Source: Mustelus asterias
Lineage: Eukaryota
Length of the DNA stretch: 64,000 nt
Direction of reading: 5' to 3'
Assembly (NCBI RefSeq): GCF_964213995.1
Contig: NC_135818.1
Location: 61,256,001 to 61,320,000 of the forward strand
The notes under the pieces are model-generated. The model had not been told where the DNA came from. It was given only the letters and a program-made list of their open reading frames with translations, and made no database searches. The position numbers were made by a program, and so were the translations under genes. This document shows positions 10,670 through 23,742 of the stretch, in pieces. Positions within the stretch are counted from its first letter, which is position 1; every line of letters starts with the position of its first letter.

Positions 10670-11698
10670 GTAAGTAGTAATTGAAAATTGTGAACAAATA
10701 AGGACCTGAGATCTGTTTTTGGTCAAATCTAAGTGGAATGTGCAATGTTGTTCAGTCCTTAGCATTATGTTTTGTAATGGGAAAAATATTCTATTGCCTA
10801 CAATGATAATGGTTGGTTTCTGGGGCATTGCCAGGATGAGTCTTAGTGCTTTAGGCCCAGTCAGAGTTGCTTTTAGCTTTATGCATCTATACTGGAATTT
10901 TAGTTGTGAAAACGGGCTATGCAAATGGTTGAACTTCAGCAGTATGCTTATGGATTGCGAAGCTGAAGCTCTGCCAACTTGAACATAAGCTTTCTGATCT
11001 TGGGAAGTGGGATGTGTACAGAGAAGTAATGTGTGCTCTGTATTGAGTAACAGAAACCCCACATCAGCGACTTGCATTTAAATTACACCTTTAATGTTAT
11101 AAAATGTTGCAAGGCACTTCAGGAATGTTATTAATAAAAATTCATTTCAAGCCACATCATGAGATATTAGGATAGATGACCAAATGCTTGTTCAAAGACG
11201 TAGGTTCTTAACAAGCATCTTAAAAGTGGGGAGAGAGGAGGAGGTCTTCACAGAACAATCACAGAATTTAGTGAGGGAATTCAAGAGCTTGAGGCACTAG
11301 TGATGGGCAGTTTAAATCAGGGATGAGGTTGCAGCCAGAATAGGACGAGTGCAAAGATCTCCAAGGGTTGTAGGGCTGGAGGAGATTTGTAGAGGGATTT
11401 GTAGAATCTAGTGAAAATTTCAAAACGTGAGGCATGACTAGACCAGGAGACACTGTAGGTCAGTGAGCACAGGAGTGATAGGTGAATGGGACTTGTGGTG
11501 AGTTAGGATATGGCAACAAAGTTTTGAAGTTGTAAATTTTGCAGCATCTTGAGTTGGTGTCCTTTACTCGCATGATAGAAATTCATGTGTGTTGGATACC
11601 TGTGTGTTCTAATTTTTAAATACACAGATTCAGTCATTACAAACTATATCTAAATGAAGCAAAGACAACAGTCTGATTTGTGTGTTTCTACTTTTCAG

Positions 11699-11774
11699 TG
11701 AACTGCAACATGATAGAGCAATCAATGGTGGAGGCAGCAGTCCAGGAGTGCAGTCAGACATGTGATGAAACAAT
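11699..11774 (+). CDS. POLE2: POLE2 exon 3
   Basis: 76 nt, NCNMIEQSMVEAAVQECSQTCDET; AG/GT bounded. Confidence 0.94.
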
Positions 11775-11931
11775 GTAGGTCAATTAAAAGATTTATATTT
11801 TACATTGACCAGAAATTAGGGATGGCAGTCTCAGCAATTTTCTGACTTTCATATACACTGATATATGATTTGGATTGCCAAATTTCCACTTCGGTTAAAC
11901 AAAAGTTCAGTCTTTGTAATTTGGGGAACAT

Positions 11932-13845
11932 CCATAAGACCATAAGACCATAAGACATAGGAGCGGAAGTAAGGCCATTCGGCCCATCGAGTCCACTCCA
12001 CCATTCAATCATGGTTGATTTCAACTCCATTTACCCGCTCTCTCCCCATAGCCCTTAATTCCTCGAGAAATCAAGAATTTATCAATTTCTGTCTTGAAGA
12101 CGCTCAACGTCTCGGCCTCCACAGCCCTCTGTGGCAATGAATTCCACAGACCCACCACTCTCTGGCTGAAGAAATTTCTCCTCATCTCTGTTCTAAAGTG
12201 ACTCCCTTTTATTCTAAGGCTGTGCCCCCGCGTCCTAGTCTCCCCTGTTAATGGAAACAACTTCCCTACGTCCATCCTATCTAAGCCGTTCATTATCTTG
12301 TAAGTTTCTATCAGATCTCCCCTCAACCTCCTAAACTCCAATGAATATAATCCCACGATCCTCAGACGTTCATCGTATGTCAGGCCTACCATTCCTGGGA
12401 TCATCCGTGTGAATCTCCGCTGGACCCGTTCCAGTGCCAGTATGTCCTTCCTGAGGTGTGGGGCCCAAAATTGCTCACAGTACTCCAAATGGGGCCTAAC
12501 CAGTGCTTTATAAAGCCTCAGAAGTACATCCCTGCTTTTGTATTCCAAGCCTCTTGAGATAAATGACAACATTACATTTGCTTTCCTAATTACGGACTCA
12601 ACCTGCAAGTTTACCTTTAGAGAATCCTGGACTAGGACTCCCAAGTCCCTTTGCACTTTAGCATTATGAATTTTGTCACCGTTTAGAAAATAGTCCATGC
12701 CTCTATTCTTTTTTCCAAAGTGTACGACCTCGCACTTGCCCACGTTGAATTTCATCAGCCACTTCTTGGACCACTCTCCTAAACTGTCTAAATCTTTCTG
12801 CAGCCTCCCCACCTCCTCAATACTACCTGCCCCTCCACCTATCTTTGTATCATCGGCAAACTTGGCCAGAATGCTCCCAGTCCCGTCATCTAGATCGTTA
12901 ATATATAAAGAGAACAGCTGTGGCCCCAACACTGAACCCTGCGGGACACCACTTGTCACCGGTTGCCATTCTGAGAAAGAACCTTTTATCCCAACTCTCT
13001 GCCTTCTGTCTGACAGCCAATCGTCAATCCATGTTAGTACCTTGCCTCGAATACCATGGGCCCTTATTTTACTCAGCAGTCTCCCGTGAGGCACCTTGTC
13101 AAAGGCCTTTTGGAAGTCAAGATAGATAACATCCATTGGCTCTCCTTGGTCTAACCTATTTGTTATCTCTTCAAAGAACTCTAACAGGTTTGTCAGGCAC
13201 GACCTCCCCTTACTAAATCCATGCTGACTTGTCTTAATCCGACCCTGCACTTCCAAGAATTTAGAAATCTCATCCTTAACGATGGATTCTAGAATTTTGC
13301 CAACAACTGAGGTTAGGCTAATTGGCCTATAATTTTCCATCTTTTTTCTTGTTCCCTTCTTGAACAGTGGGGTTACAACAGCGATTTTCCAATCCTCTGG
13401 GACTTTCCCTGACTCCAGTGACTTTTGAAAGATCATAACTAACGCCTCCACTATTTCTTCAGCTATCTCCTTTAGAACTCTAGGATGTAGCCCATCTGGG
13501 CCCGGAGATTTATCAATTTTCAGACCTTTTAGTTTCTCTAGCACTTTCTCCTTTGTGATGGCAACCATATTCAACTCTGCCCCCTGACTTTCCTGAATTG
13601 TTGGGATATTACTCATGTCTTCTACTGTGAAGACTGACGCAAAGTACTTATTAAGTTCCTCAGCTATTTCCTCGTCTCCCATCACTAGATTACCAGCGTC
13701 ATTTTGGAGCGGCCCAATGTCTACTTTTGCCTCCCGTTTGTTTTTAATGTATTTAAAGAAACTTTTACTATCATTCCTAATGTTACTGGCTAGCCTACCT
13801 TCATATTTGATCCTCTCCTTCCTTATTTCTCTCTTTGTTATCCTT
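11932..13845 (-). mobile_element. Young 5'-truncated CR1 LINE with uninterrupted ORF2 RT/C-terminal reading frame
   Basis: ORF 12021-13886 with [39 protein letters not shown] and KFADD; tandem (ccataaga)n 3' tail. Confidence 0.95.
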
Positions 13846-14229
13846 TCACTAAGATAATTGAATTTTAAGATTTCCAATACTCTCAATCTAGTTAAGTGTT
13901 AAGAGGGGTAATTCCACCCTGACATGCATGTACGCGTATAAGAGCTGTGACTCCTCTATCATCCTACCTCAGTTCCAACATTCTTTGCCCTGGCTCGTCA
14001 GCCTCCGTGCTTTTCCTCGTTCACTTCCTGACGCAGCCTTTCATTCCCAGTTTCTTTCTCACTGAAGTGTGTTGTATTGGTGCCTCCTGGACACATTGTA
14101 AGTGAAGACTGGCTCTAAATCAATATTGAACAGGTGCATCCAATGCACAGCAAATATACCTGTCAACACAACAACATCTTTTGTCATAAACAAATTGAAA
14201 TTAGATTCTGCTAGTTGTTCATGGCTAAG

Positions 14230-14510
14230 CTGGGTTCTCCTAAGCCGCTTATGTAGGAAAAGCGGGCATGAGAATTGGAGTAGTAGAGCTATGCTCTGCC
14301 ATTCTGTACAATCATGACTGATTCTTGGCTTCAACTCCACTTTCCCAATCGCTCCCCATACCCCTTGATTCTCTGAGAAAGCAGAAAAATATCTCAGCCT
14401 TAAATATAGGCAATGATGGAACATCCACAACCTTCTAGGGTAGAGAATTCCACAAAGATTCACAAACCTTTGAGGTAAGTAATTTCTCCTCACCTCAGTC
14501 CTAAAGAGAT
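14230..14510 (-). mobile_element. Degenerate CR1 3' end
   Basis: LFRTEVRRNYLPQRFVNL motif. Confidence 0.7.
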
Positions 14511-15399
14511 CGTACAAGCAAAAAGCAATTCACCTTTAAACAGTTCTCTGAAGTCTCTTAGCACTCAATAGGTGCTGCAAAACTGTGACGTAAAATGTCA
14601 TGAGGTTTGGAAATATTAAGGAGTTAAAGTGGGCTATGGGGAGAAGGGGAAAGGAAGTGGAGACTAACTGAGTTGTTTTTGCAGACAGGAAGCATAGACC
14701 CAATGGGCTGAATGGCCTTCTTTGCTGTAATCATTCTATGATTCTATTTCTGATTAATGGTTTGGACCGATCTGCAGTCGTAGTGATCCTAGTGCACATT
14801 CTCCCAAAGCAGGGGCAAAAGGCACCTTGGCTGTTCTTCAAAAATCGCAGAGCTCCATTTTAGTCTAGGTTTGTTAAAGCAGTTCTCCTTCGGGGTAAGA
14901 TGCTCCTGGGTGAGACAAAATCCTTCTGTTTTGTTCCTATGTGTGAGATACCAGATTATTCTATGAAATGGATTTGTGACAAAAGGCAGAAATGGTAAAA
15001 GATAGGAAGGGGTCCAACCTACACCTACCCATCACTCAATACGTTATAGGGTGTGCCACTCTCATGGCAAACGAATCTCTGCCAAATCCCCTTGACCTGG
15101 AGTAAGCAGTTGGTGAAGAGAGGACTTGGGGCAGGACATTGTGCTTTAACATATGGCAAGGTGCCTTTCACTACACTGAAGATATAGCTAATCTGGGTAC
15201 TCTGAAATTTTGGACAATGGTTACATTGAATTGCATTGATTTTACAGCAAAGAAAACATGCTTTTGGCCCATCTGGTCCACGCCAGTCTTTCTACTTTAT
15301 ATGCACTTCCTCACACTCTTCACCAGCTCGCCCTATCAACATACCTGCTAGGATCTTCATGATTATTTTGAAAGGATCTACTGTTGAATGGAGTATAGG

Positions 15400-16812
15400 G
15401 ACAGAAAGCAGAGAATAGTACCATATTGTTTTTCAGGCTGGAGGGAAGTGTGCATTGGTGTTTCTCATGGGCACTGTTATTTGATGTATATTGACCTGGT
15501 CTTGAATATACATTGCATAATTTCAAAATTTGTAAATAGCACAAATTTACATATGTTTTAATTAATGAGGCGGATAGTAAACATCAGAAGGTCATAGATT
15601 GGTATAGTGGACGGATACATGGCAGATGAAGCTTAATGCAAAGAAGTGTAAAATGATATACTTTGGTGGGAAAAATCAGAAGCAATGTGAACTTGATGGT
15701 ACAATTTTAAAGGGGGTGCAGGAACAGAGAGACCCGGAAGTATATGTATACAATTCCTGAAGTTGTCAGGACAAGTTGAGAAGGATATTTAATATTACAT
15801 ACTTTATTAATAGAAGCATAAAATAAAGTTTATTAATTTTTGTCACAAGTAGGCTTACTTTAAGACTGCAATTAAGCTACTGTGAAAATCCCCTAGTCGC
15901 CACACTCCTGCACCTGTTGGGTTACACCGAGGAAGAATGTAGCATGTCCAATGCACCTAACCAGCACATCTTTCGGACTTTGGGAGGAAACCGGAGCACC
16001 CGGAGGAAACCCTCGCAGACATGGGGAGAACGTGCAGATTCTGCACAGACAGTGACCCAAGCCAGGAATCGAACCCGGGACCCAGGCGCTGTGAGGCAGC
16101 AGTGCTAACCACTGTGCCATTGTGCCGCCCAGTACTAAAACAGAGAAGTTAGACTAGGACCAGAATGTTATAGCCGTTCACCCAGCGGGATTTTCCCATC
16201 CCGCTGTCGTGAACGGAGATTTAGCTCGGCATCAAATACTCTGACCTTGCTGCGGCGGGAGTGTGGCATGAACGGTCAGTAAGATTGCGCCCCATATCGT
16301 TATAAAACACTGATTCAGCCTCAACTGGGATACTGTGTTCAGTTCTTGGCAGCACACATTAGGAAGGATGAAAAGTGCTTGGAGAGAATGAAAAGAATAT
16401 TACTAAAATGGTACTGGGGATGAGAGGCTGGGGAAGTTATTGTCAGAACACAACAGGGTAAGGGAAGATTCGATAAAGGTGTTCAATATCATGAAGGGTC
16501 TTGATAAAGAAGGAGAAACTGTCCAGTGAAGTAGGGTCAGTAATCAAAGGACAGACTTAAAAGGTGATTGGGAAAAGAACCAGAGATGACATAAGGAGTT
16601 TTTAAAAAACACAGTAAGTTGTAGTGAATTGAAATGCAGTGCCTGCAGGGCTGTTGGAAGCAGATTTTATAGCGGCTGGCAAAAAGAAATTGGATAAGTG
16701 CTTGAGAGGGAAAATAAAGGTTTAGGATTATGGAAAGAGCAGGTAAGTAAGATTAATTGGATAGGTTTACCAAAGAGCCAGCAGAGGCATGATGGACCAA
16801 ATGGCTCCTTCA
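15400..16812 (+). mobile_element. Old CR1 fragment interrupted by a SINE (15823-16130, minus) and a small hairpin MITE (~16157-16272)
   Basis: Decayed WQM.FN..KC, EQRD.G, Y.VQF..H.RKD, R..LI.VF.IMKG motifs on both sides of the inserts. Confidence 0.65.
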
Positions 16813-17670
16813 TTCTATTTAACTGAGCTAGGCATGGTTTAGCATTCCAAGGCACTTTTGACATAGTCAATCTTATTCACTAATAAACCTGGAAGAGTAG
16901 ACTTGTCACTAAGGGCTGGAATTGTTCTCATTAAGCTCTGGGTGATCAAACAAGCCAATATCCAAGTGGATAGAATGGTCCTGACTTGATAAGCAACAGG
17001 AAGCCTGCTGGTGCTCTGTGTTAGCAGGCTGCATGTTTTTGCTTGGTTAAACTCTAGCAGTTGTGCACACACCCCAGGACCTCAGAGTCTTGACTCAGAC
17101 AGCTACTGCATTTAATTAAGTGGAGTGTGTGACTTCTGGGAAGTATCTGCACTCCATTTTGAGTGTACTGAACCTCTGGCCAAATGAATTTCTCAAGTTG
17201 CCTGGCTCGGATATCATTAAACATTGTGATTTCTCATGCAGATCAAACGCCTGACTGATAAAAGAGGGAATTAAATGTGCTTTCTGTCCTACTGGTGACT
17301 TCTACCTGCTTTCTTGGCCCCCGTGTCCCACTCTATTCTAGTATAGACCTCAAACCCTTAGTTCCTGTGATACACGTTTTGTAGCTACTCCCATAGGAAA
17401 CATGCAAATGCCAGAATTGGAGGACAAAAGGGTCAGATGAACAGGAGTATGGTGAAATATTGTGAGAGAAGCATATAGAAAGGTAAAGTGGGAGAATCAT
17501 TGAATTACAAACGAGTGGAAGAGAAACAGAGTGCAGTATAGCAGTGGTATTTCAGCAATGCTATAGGAGATCACCACTAATATGTGTTATTTTCATCTGT
17601 TGTACCAGCAAAAGGTGCAAGTATATTTTTAATTGAGTTCGTTTTAACAATTCTGGGCTTATATTTACAG

Positions 17671-17748
17671 AGAACACATTTTCAATGTGATTGGTGCATT
17701 TGAAGTCCCTCGTTACATCTACAATTCAGAAAGGAAGAAATTTTTTCC
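17671..17748 (+). CDS. POLE2: POLE2 exon 4
   Basis: 78 nt, [25 protein letters not shown]; AG/GT bounded. Confidence 0.94.
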
Positions 17749-18412
17749 GTGAGTTTTACTAATTGTCATTATTTAGCAGGCCAAATCATTCATAATTTTG
17801 CATGAGCAATGCTGTTTGAATCCTGTTCTTGGAAATATTGTTCTTTGAAGATTCGGGTTTTTTATGACATGGATTGCTTTTGGTCTTTGCTTCTACACGA
17901 TTCCTATGGAGCTGAACTAGTACGTTTGATAAACTACTGGAACATCCATCTGTAGTTCACTTATCACAAGTTACATTTTTCTTTCACATGTTGAGCCATT
18001 ACTTCTTGATAATGTCCTTTGCTGCTTCTGTATACTGTTAAGCCCCCAGCTGGCCCTGTTTGAAGTTACGTAGCAAAGGGTGTGGGATGTCCCTGAGCTA
18101 CAGTATCATAGTAGCATGAAGCCCATCTAACTTTGTATACGTTTTAAACTGGAATAAATTCAGTCTTTCATTCACTGTGAAACTTAAGCAGTTTGATCAC
18201 TCATGGAACTTTATGCTCGAACACATCGCTTTCATACGGTCTAGATTCTGCCTTCTTGATTTGAGATCCAGATAACTAACTCAGTAGGTAAACAATGAAA
18301 TCTTCTCAAATGCATCTTTCATCGTGGCATCAGGTTAACAGACACCCATAGAATATCAAAACTAAACAGGCTAGCCCTCCTAGACACTGGAAGAAAACAA
18401 TTGTCACACACT

Positions 18413-18547
18413 GGCTGGCATCTTACCACCGTTCACACTGGTGGAACTTTCCCATCCCGCTGCAGTGAACGGAGATTTGGTTGGCCGCCAAATTCTCCGA
18501 CTTCGCTGCAGCGGGAACGTGCCGTGAGCGGCAGATAAGATCGCGTC
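18413..18547. mobile_element. ~130-bp palindromic MITE-like element (second copy at ~16157-16272)
   Basis: Shared core ttcccatcccgctg..gtgaacggagattt..caaat.ctc.gac.t.gctgc.gcggga forming an internal inverted repeat. Confidence 0.6.
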
Positions 18548-18752
18548 TTTGAAAACAATTAAACAAAACAAGCAGGTGAACAAGGATGCAATTTAGCATG
18601 CTAATAGGCTTAATTTTGTCACTGTTCCTGTGCGTTAACCTGGTTGTGTTACTTTCTTTGTGAACTTGGAAAAGCAAATGCAAAATAAATGAATTTGTTT
18701 TTTTTTAAGAAAAAGCAAGGATTTTGGCTAAAATCTTGTTTCTGTACTGCAG

Positions 18753-18846
18753 CCTGGCAATGACAGATCGTAGTGCATCTCGTCTGTTTGGAACTGCCAG
18801 AAACAAAGCTGAACTTTTTTGTGAGCGCTACACGATAATGCAACAG
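18753..18846 (+). CDS. POLE2: POLE2 exon 5
   Basis: 94 nt, LAMTDRSASRLFGTARNKAELFCERYTIMQQ; AG/GT bounded. Confidence 0.93.
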
Positions 18847-18855
18847 GTAAGGGAG

Positions 18856-19878
18856 AGGAGTGACTAGTGGTGTGCCTCAAGATAAAGTGTTGGGACCGCA
18901 ATTGTTTACGATTTACATAGATGATTTGGAGTTGGGGACCAAGTGTAGTGTGTCAAAATTCGCAGATGACGCGAAGATGGGTGGAAGAGCAAAGCGTGCA
19001 GAGGACGCTGAAAGTCTGCAAAGGGATATAGATAATCTGAGTGGGCGAGGGTCTGGCAGATGGAGTACAATGTTGGTAAATGTGAGGTCATCCATTTTGG
19101 TAGGAATAACAGCAAAATGGTCTATTATTTAAATGGTAAAAAATTGCAGCATGCTGCTGTGCAGAGGGACCTGGGTGTCCTTGTGCAGGAATCTCAAGGA
19201 GTTGGTTTGCAGGTGCAGCAGGTAATTAAGAAGGCAAATGGAATTTTGTCCTTCATTGCTAGAGGGATGGAATTTAAAACAGCGAGATTATGTTGCAGCT
19301 GTATAAAGTGCTGGTGAGGCCACGCCTGGAGTACTGTGTACAGTTTTGGTCTCCTTACTTGAGAAAGGATATGCTGGCACTGGAAGGGGTGCAGAGGAGA
19401 TTCACTAGGTTGATTCCGGAGTTGAGAGGGTTGGCTTATGAGGGGAGACTGATCAGACTGGGGCTATACTCATTGGAATTCAGAAGAATGAGGGGAGATC
19501 TTATAGAAACATATAAGATTATGAAGGGAATAGATAAGATAGAAGCAGGGAAGTTGTTTCCATTGGCGGGTGAAACTAGAACTAGGGGGCATAGCCTCAA
19601 AATAAGGGGAAGCAGATTTAGGACTGAGTTGAGGAGGAACTTCTTCACCCAAAGGGTTGTGAATCTGTGGAATTCCCTGCCCAGTGAAGCAGTTAAAAAC
19701 ATTGAATGTTTTTAAGGCAAGGATAAATAAATTTTTGAACAGTAAAGAATTAAGGGTTATGGTGAGCGGGCGGGTAAGTGGAGCTGAGTCCACAAAAAGA
19801 TCAGCCATGATCTTACTGAATGGCGGAGCAGGCTCGAAGGGCCAGATAGCCTACTCCTGCTCCTAGTTCTTATGTTCT
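18856..19878 (+). mobile_element. CR1 3' portion just after the POLE2 exon 5 donor
   Basis: TSGVPQ..VLGPQLF..KFADD through RRNFFTQRVVNLWNSLP with frameshifts; tail ttcttatgttct. Confidence 0.9.
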
Positions 19879-19983
19879 AAAAGTGGAACTTGCACACCTT
19901 TCAGCAGAAAATGATCTCCTTATTTCATAATTTTTTATTTAAAAGACTCGACATCATTTACAAACAAATGGCTTCAATGCCTG

Positions 19984-20780
19984 TTTTGAGTCCACATGAC
20001 TCTTCTTCAGAGCTAGAGAAGGAGAAAAATGTTGGAATTTGCATTGTTTGAGGGGGTGGAACACAGTAGGTCATGGGGTAGGTGAGAACTAGGAGAGATT
20101 TGACAAAGATGTTATGGGCACATGACAAAGAGATGTTAATTATAATGTTAAAGACTAGAGAAGGTGATGATACAGGTATAAAGATAAGATATAGAATATG
20201 TTAATAACAGAACAAAGATCAACACTCTGATAGCAAAACTTAAGAACAAGTGACAGATGGCCCTGTGGGGAGGGAGGTGCGTAGGGACAAATGAAGGATT
20301 AAAAAAGGGGTCAAGATGGAGAAGAGAGTTCGTAGTCTGGAGTTATTGAACTTTGTTAAGTCCAGAAGGCTGTAAAATGCCTAGTTGGAAGATGTGGTGC
20401 TGTTCCTCCAGTTTGTGTTTGGCTTCGCTGGAACATTGCAGCAGGCCAAGGATGGACATGTGGGCTTGAGAACAAAGCAGTGAGTTGAAATGGCAAACGA
20501 CAGGAAAGCCGGGGTCATGCTTGCAGACTGAGTGAGGCCGTTCTGAAAGTGGTCACCCAGTTTGCAGCGAGTACAGTAGACCAAATTGAAGGAGGTGCAA
20601 GTGAAGCGTTGCTTCATCTGCCTTTGACAGTGCGGAGGTAATGGGGCAGGTGTTGCACCTTCTGTGATTGCATGGAAAGGGGATGAGGAGTAGGGGTGAT
20701 GGAGGATTGGACTAGGATGTCACAGAGGGAGCCGTCCCTGTGGAATGCTGATAGGGGAGGTGAGGGGAAGATGTGTTTTT
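19984..20780 (-). mobile_element. Older Penelope-like element fragment (second family), 3' part
   Basis: GIY-YIG-like peptide QRFTCTSFNLVYCTRC; terminal ctgaagaagagtcatgtggactc motif related to 5966-6070. Confidence 0.65.
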
Positions 20781-22127
20781 ACTGAAAGTTTTACATTTTA
20801 CATTAAGTGCAACAAATTCCAAAAATCTAGTACAGTACAGAGTCATCATTATTCCACATAAACATGTAGAAAAGACCAGTGAATGTTCGTACAAATGGAT
20901 CAAATTATAAATCATTGTGATCGTTGTAGTCGGCATCTCCTCTCGTATGGATAAAGAAAGGGTGGGGAATCTCAGGGTAACAGGATAAAACCACTAGCAT
21001 ATGGCCCCGTAGTGCACGTTCTCCTCCACAGGATAACAGGGCCGGAGCTAAAGATTTACAGGTTCTCTTATGGGGTAAGATTCAACCAACCAGGGCCTAA
21101 CTCAACATTCCAGGGTTTCCAAGCAATGAAAGGATAACCCACAAAAGGGGGAAACACCAGGGTACTGCCATTGGTACAAGATGTGGTGTGGCAGTGTACA
21201 ATCTCATGTACAGAAACCAGTAAGCCAAGGATTCATGCACCTTGCCAAAGCTTGCAACACAACAAACCTCTCTCCTCTCCCGCCATATCAGAGGCACTGA
21301 TCAGGCTCCCGTCACTGGAAAGCTTAAACCATTTTCCAACAAGGAAACCCTACCAACAAGGAAAAGAAGAATCGTCAAGAAACCCATCCACAGGGTATCT
21401 TGGGGAGAGATACAACTCTCCTTCTCCTGACAAGATAAGGGAAACCCTTTAGGATTAACTACAACAAATCAGAGTCTATATCAGAAACTCCCATGCCCGG
21501 ATAAAGAAAGGAAACTCCAAAAAGAGAGGAGCATCAGGATTATCCAGATGTGGTCTTTCAGACCACATATTTGCAGGAGGGATACCGGGAACAGAATAGC
21601 ACAAACCACTGAGAAACAGGACACTGCTCGCCCAAGGGAGCCCAAACCTCAAAAAGCTGGAGAGGCTGGAAGTCTCCATATAAGACCACTTGCTCAGACT
21701 CCACAGCCAAAAGGCTACTACACCCCCAGGGGAATCCAGTCTCAAGAAGGAAAGCAGTCCAGAAGCCCCAAAGGGGACATCTCAGGGGAGGGAAACCTAC
21801 TCCCTCATTCAATATACCCTCCATCTGACCCGGATAAACACAGCCACTACTGCCTTAACCTATTCAACAACACACCAGAATAAGGACCAACAAGCCAAAA
21901 ATACGTCATTCTTACATGTTGAACAAAGCAAACTACCCCTATCTCTATGCAGCCCAGAGGTGCCATTTAAGCCATCAAGGAGTTTCGATCATTTCCCTTC
22001 ATCAGAGAAACCCTAACAACCAGATAATATACCCACCGTACATTCCATTAGCCAAGTAATTAAGTAACCACTGTCCCTACCTGCGCAGCCAAGTTAAAAT
22101 AGAAGACCAACTTAACAAGGCTAGATA

Positions 22128-22904
22128 TTGGAAAAAAGAATAGAGGCATGGACTATTTTCTAAACGGTGACAAAATTCATAATGCTAAAGTGCAAAGGGA
22201 CTTGGGAGTCCTAGTCCAGGATTCTCTAAAGGTAAACTTGTAGGTTGAGTCCGTAATTAAGAAAGCAAATGTAATGTTGTCATTTATCTCAAGAGGCTTG
22301 GAATACAAAAGCAGGGATGTACTTCTGAGACTTTATAAAGCACTGGTTAGGCCCCATTTGGAGTACTGTGAGCAATTTTGGGCCCCACACCTCAGGAAGG
22401 ACATACTGGCACTGGAGCGGGTCCAGCGGAGATTCACACGGATGATCCCAGGAATGGTAGGCCTGACATACGATGAACCACTGAGGATCGTGGGATTATA
22501 TTCATTGGAGTTTAGGAGGTTGAGGGGAGATCTGATAGAAACTTACAAGATAATGAACGGCTTAGATAGGATGGACGTAGGGAAGTTGTTTCCATTAACA
22601 GGGGAGACTAGGACGCGGGGGCACAGCCTTAGAATAAAAGGGAGTCACTTTAGAACAGAGATGAGGAGAAATTTCTTCAGCCAGAGAGTGGTGGGTCTGT
22701 GGAATTCATTGCCACAGAGGGCTGTGGAGGCCGAGACGTTGAGCATCTTCAAGACAGAAATTGATAAATTCTTGATTTCTCGAGGAATTAAGGGCTATGG
22801 GGAGAGAGCGGGTAAATGGAGTTGAAATCAACCATGATTGAATGGTGGAGTGGACTCGATGGGCCGAATGGCCTTACTTCCGCTCCTATGTCTTATGGTC
22901 TTAT
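22128..22904 (+). mobile_element. Second copy of the same young CR1 family (3' end)
   Basis: Near-identical reverse complement of ~11941-12718; its 183-aa ORF differs from the 621-aa ORF C-terminus at about two residues. Confidence 0.93.
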
Positions 22905-22909
22905 ATTCA

Positions 22910-23742
22910 AGGATTAGCCAATCATGCCCGGGCATGCACCAGTAAGTACATAATTCCCAAACTCCAACAACACCGGGGTGGCCCTGCAGCTCGCCATGAT
23001 CGCTGGCCTCCCTCCAGCCCCCACTGATCCTACCTGCAGAGTGGCAGTGAGGCCCCTGCCCCCTAGACCCCGTCCACAATAGGCCCTGCCCCTTGGCACT
23101 GCCCAATGCCCGGTGGGCAGTACCAAGGTGCCCCCTGAGCATGGGAATTTTGCCCCTTGGGCAATGCCAGGGGGTGCAGGCTGGCACTGCCAGGGTGCCC
23201 ATGTCCAGAGGGCACCACATCCCATCGCCCGACCCCCCCCGGGGGGCCGAATTGCCCTCCCCTTCACTCCAGTGGGGTCTCCCGCTAGTTCCCCGAACGT
23301 GGGGAGCTACTCTAAACCCCGCCTGGGTGAAGTACTCCTAGCGGGGTGGGAGATGCTATCGGGCCTGGAGAATGTAATCCCAGGCCCCGATAATGACATT
23401 TACAATAGATTAAAAATAGATTTAAATCACTTACCTTGTCTTCCTGCCAGTTTCCAGCGCAGTTCCGACTGCACCTGCTTTCCAGCTGTGGGAGACATGC
23501 GTGCGTCGGGGACGCATGCGCGAATCCCGTGAAATGGCCGACACGCGCATCTCCCAATCTGACACGCCAAAAAACGTGTGCGTTGGGATGGGAGAATCAG
23601 GCTCCAGAGATGCCAATGACAAAAAAAACCCACCCAGGGTAGAATTTTCCAGTTCCGCCCACCAGGATAATGCAAAGGTCCGTTGACCTCAGGTGGCATT
23701 TTCTGGTCTTGGGGCGAGCGTGGCTGGAAAATCCCACCCCCA
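22910..23742. mobile_element. GC-rich non-autonomous DNA-transposon-like remnants (Harbinger-like), including a ~105-bp unit at 23637-23740
   Basis: Abrupt GC/CpG-rich block; 23637 gggtagaattttcc ... ggaaaatcccaccc 23740 imperfect TIRs. Confidence 0.45.

Noticed and set aside
12021-13886. 621-aa ORF as a host gene or domesticated RT
   Set aside because: Starts at a TTG in flanking DNA, is 5'-truncated CR1 ORF2 with a normal CR1 tail, and has a near-identical second copy.
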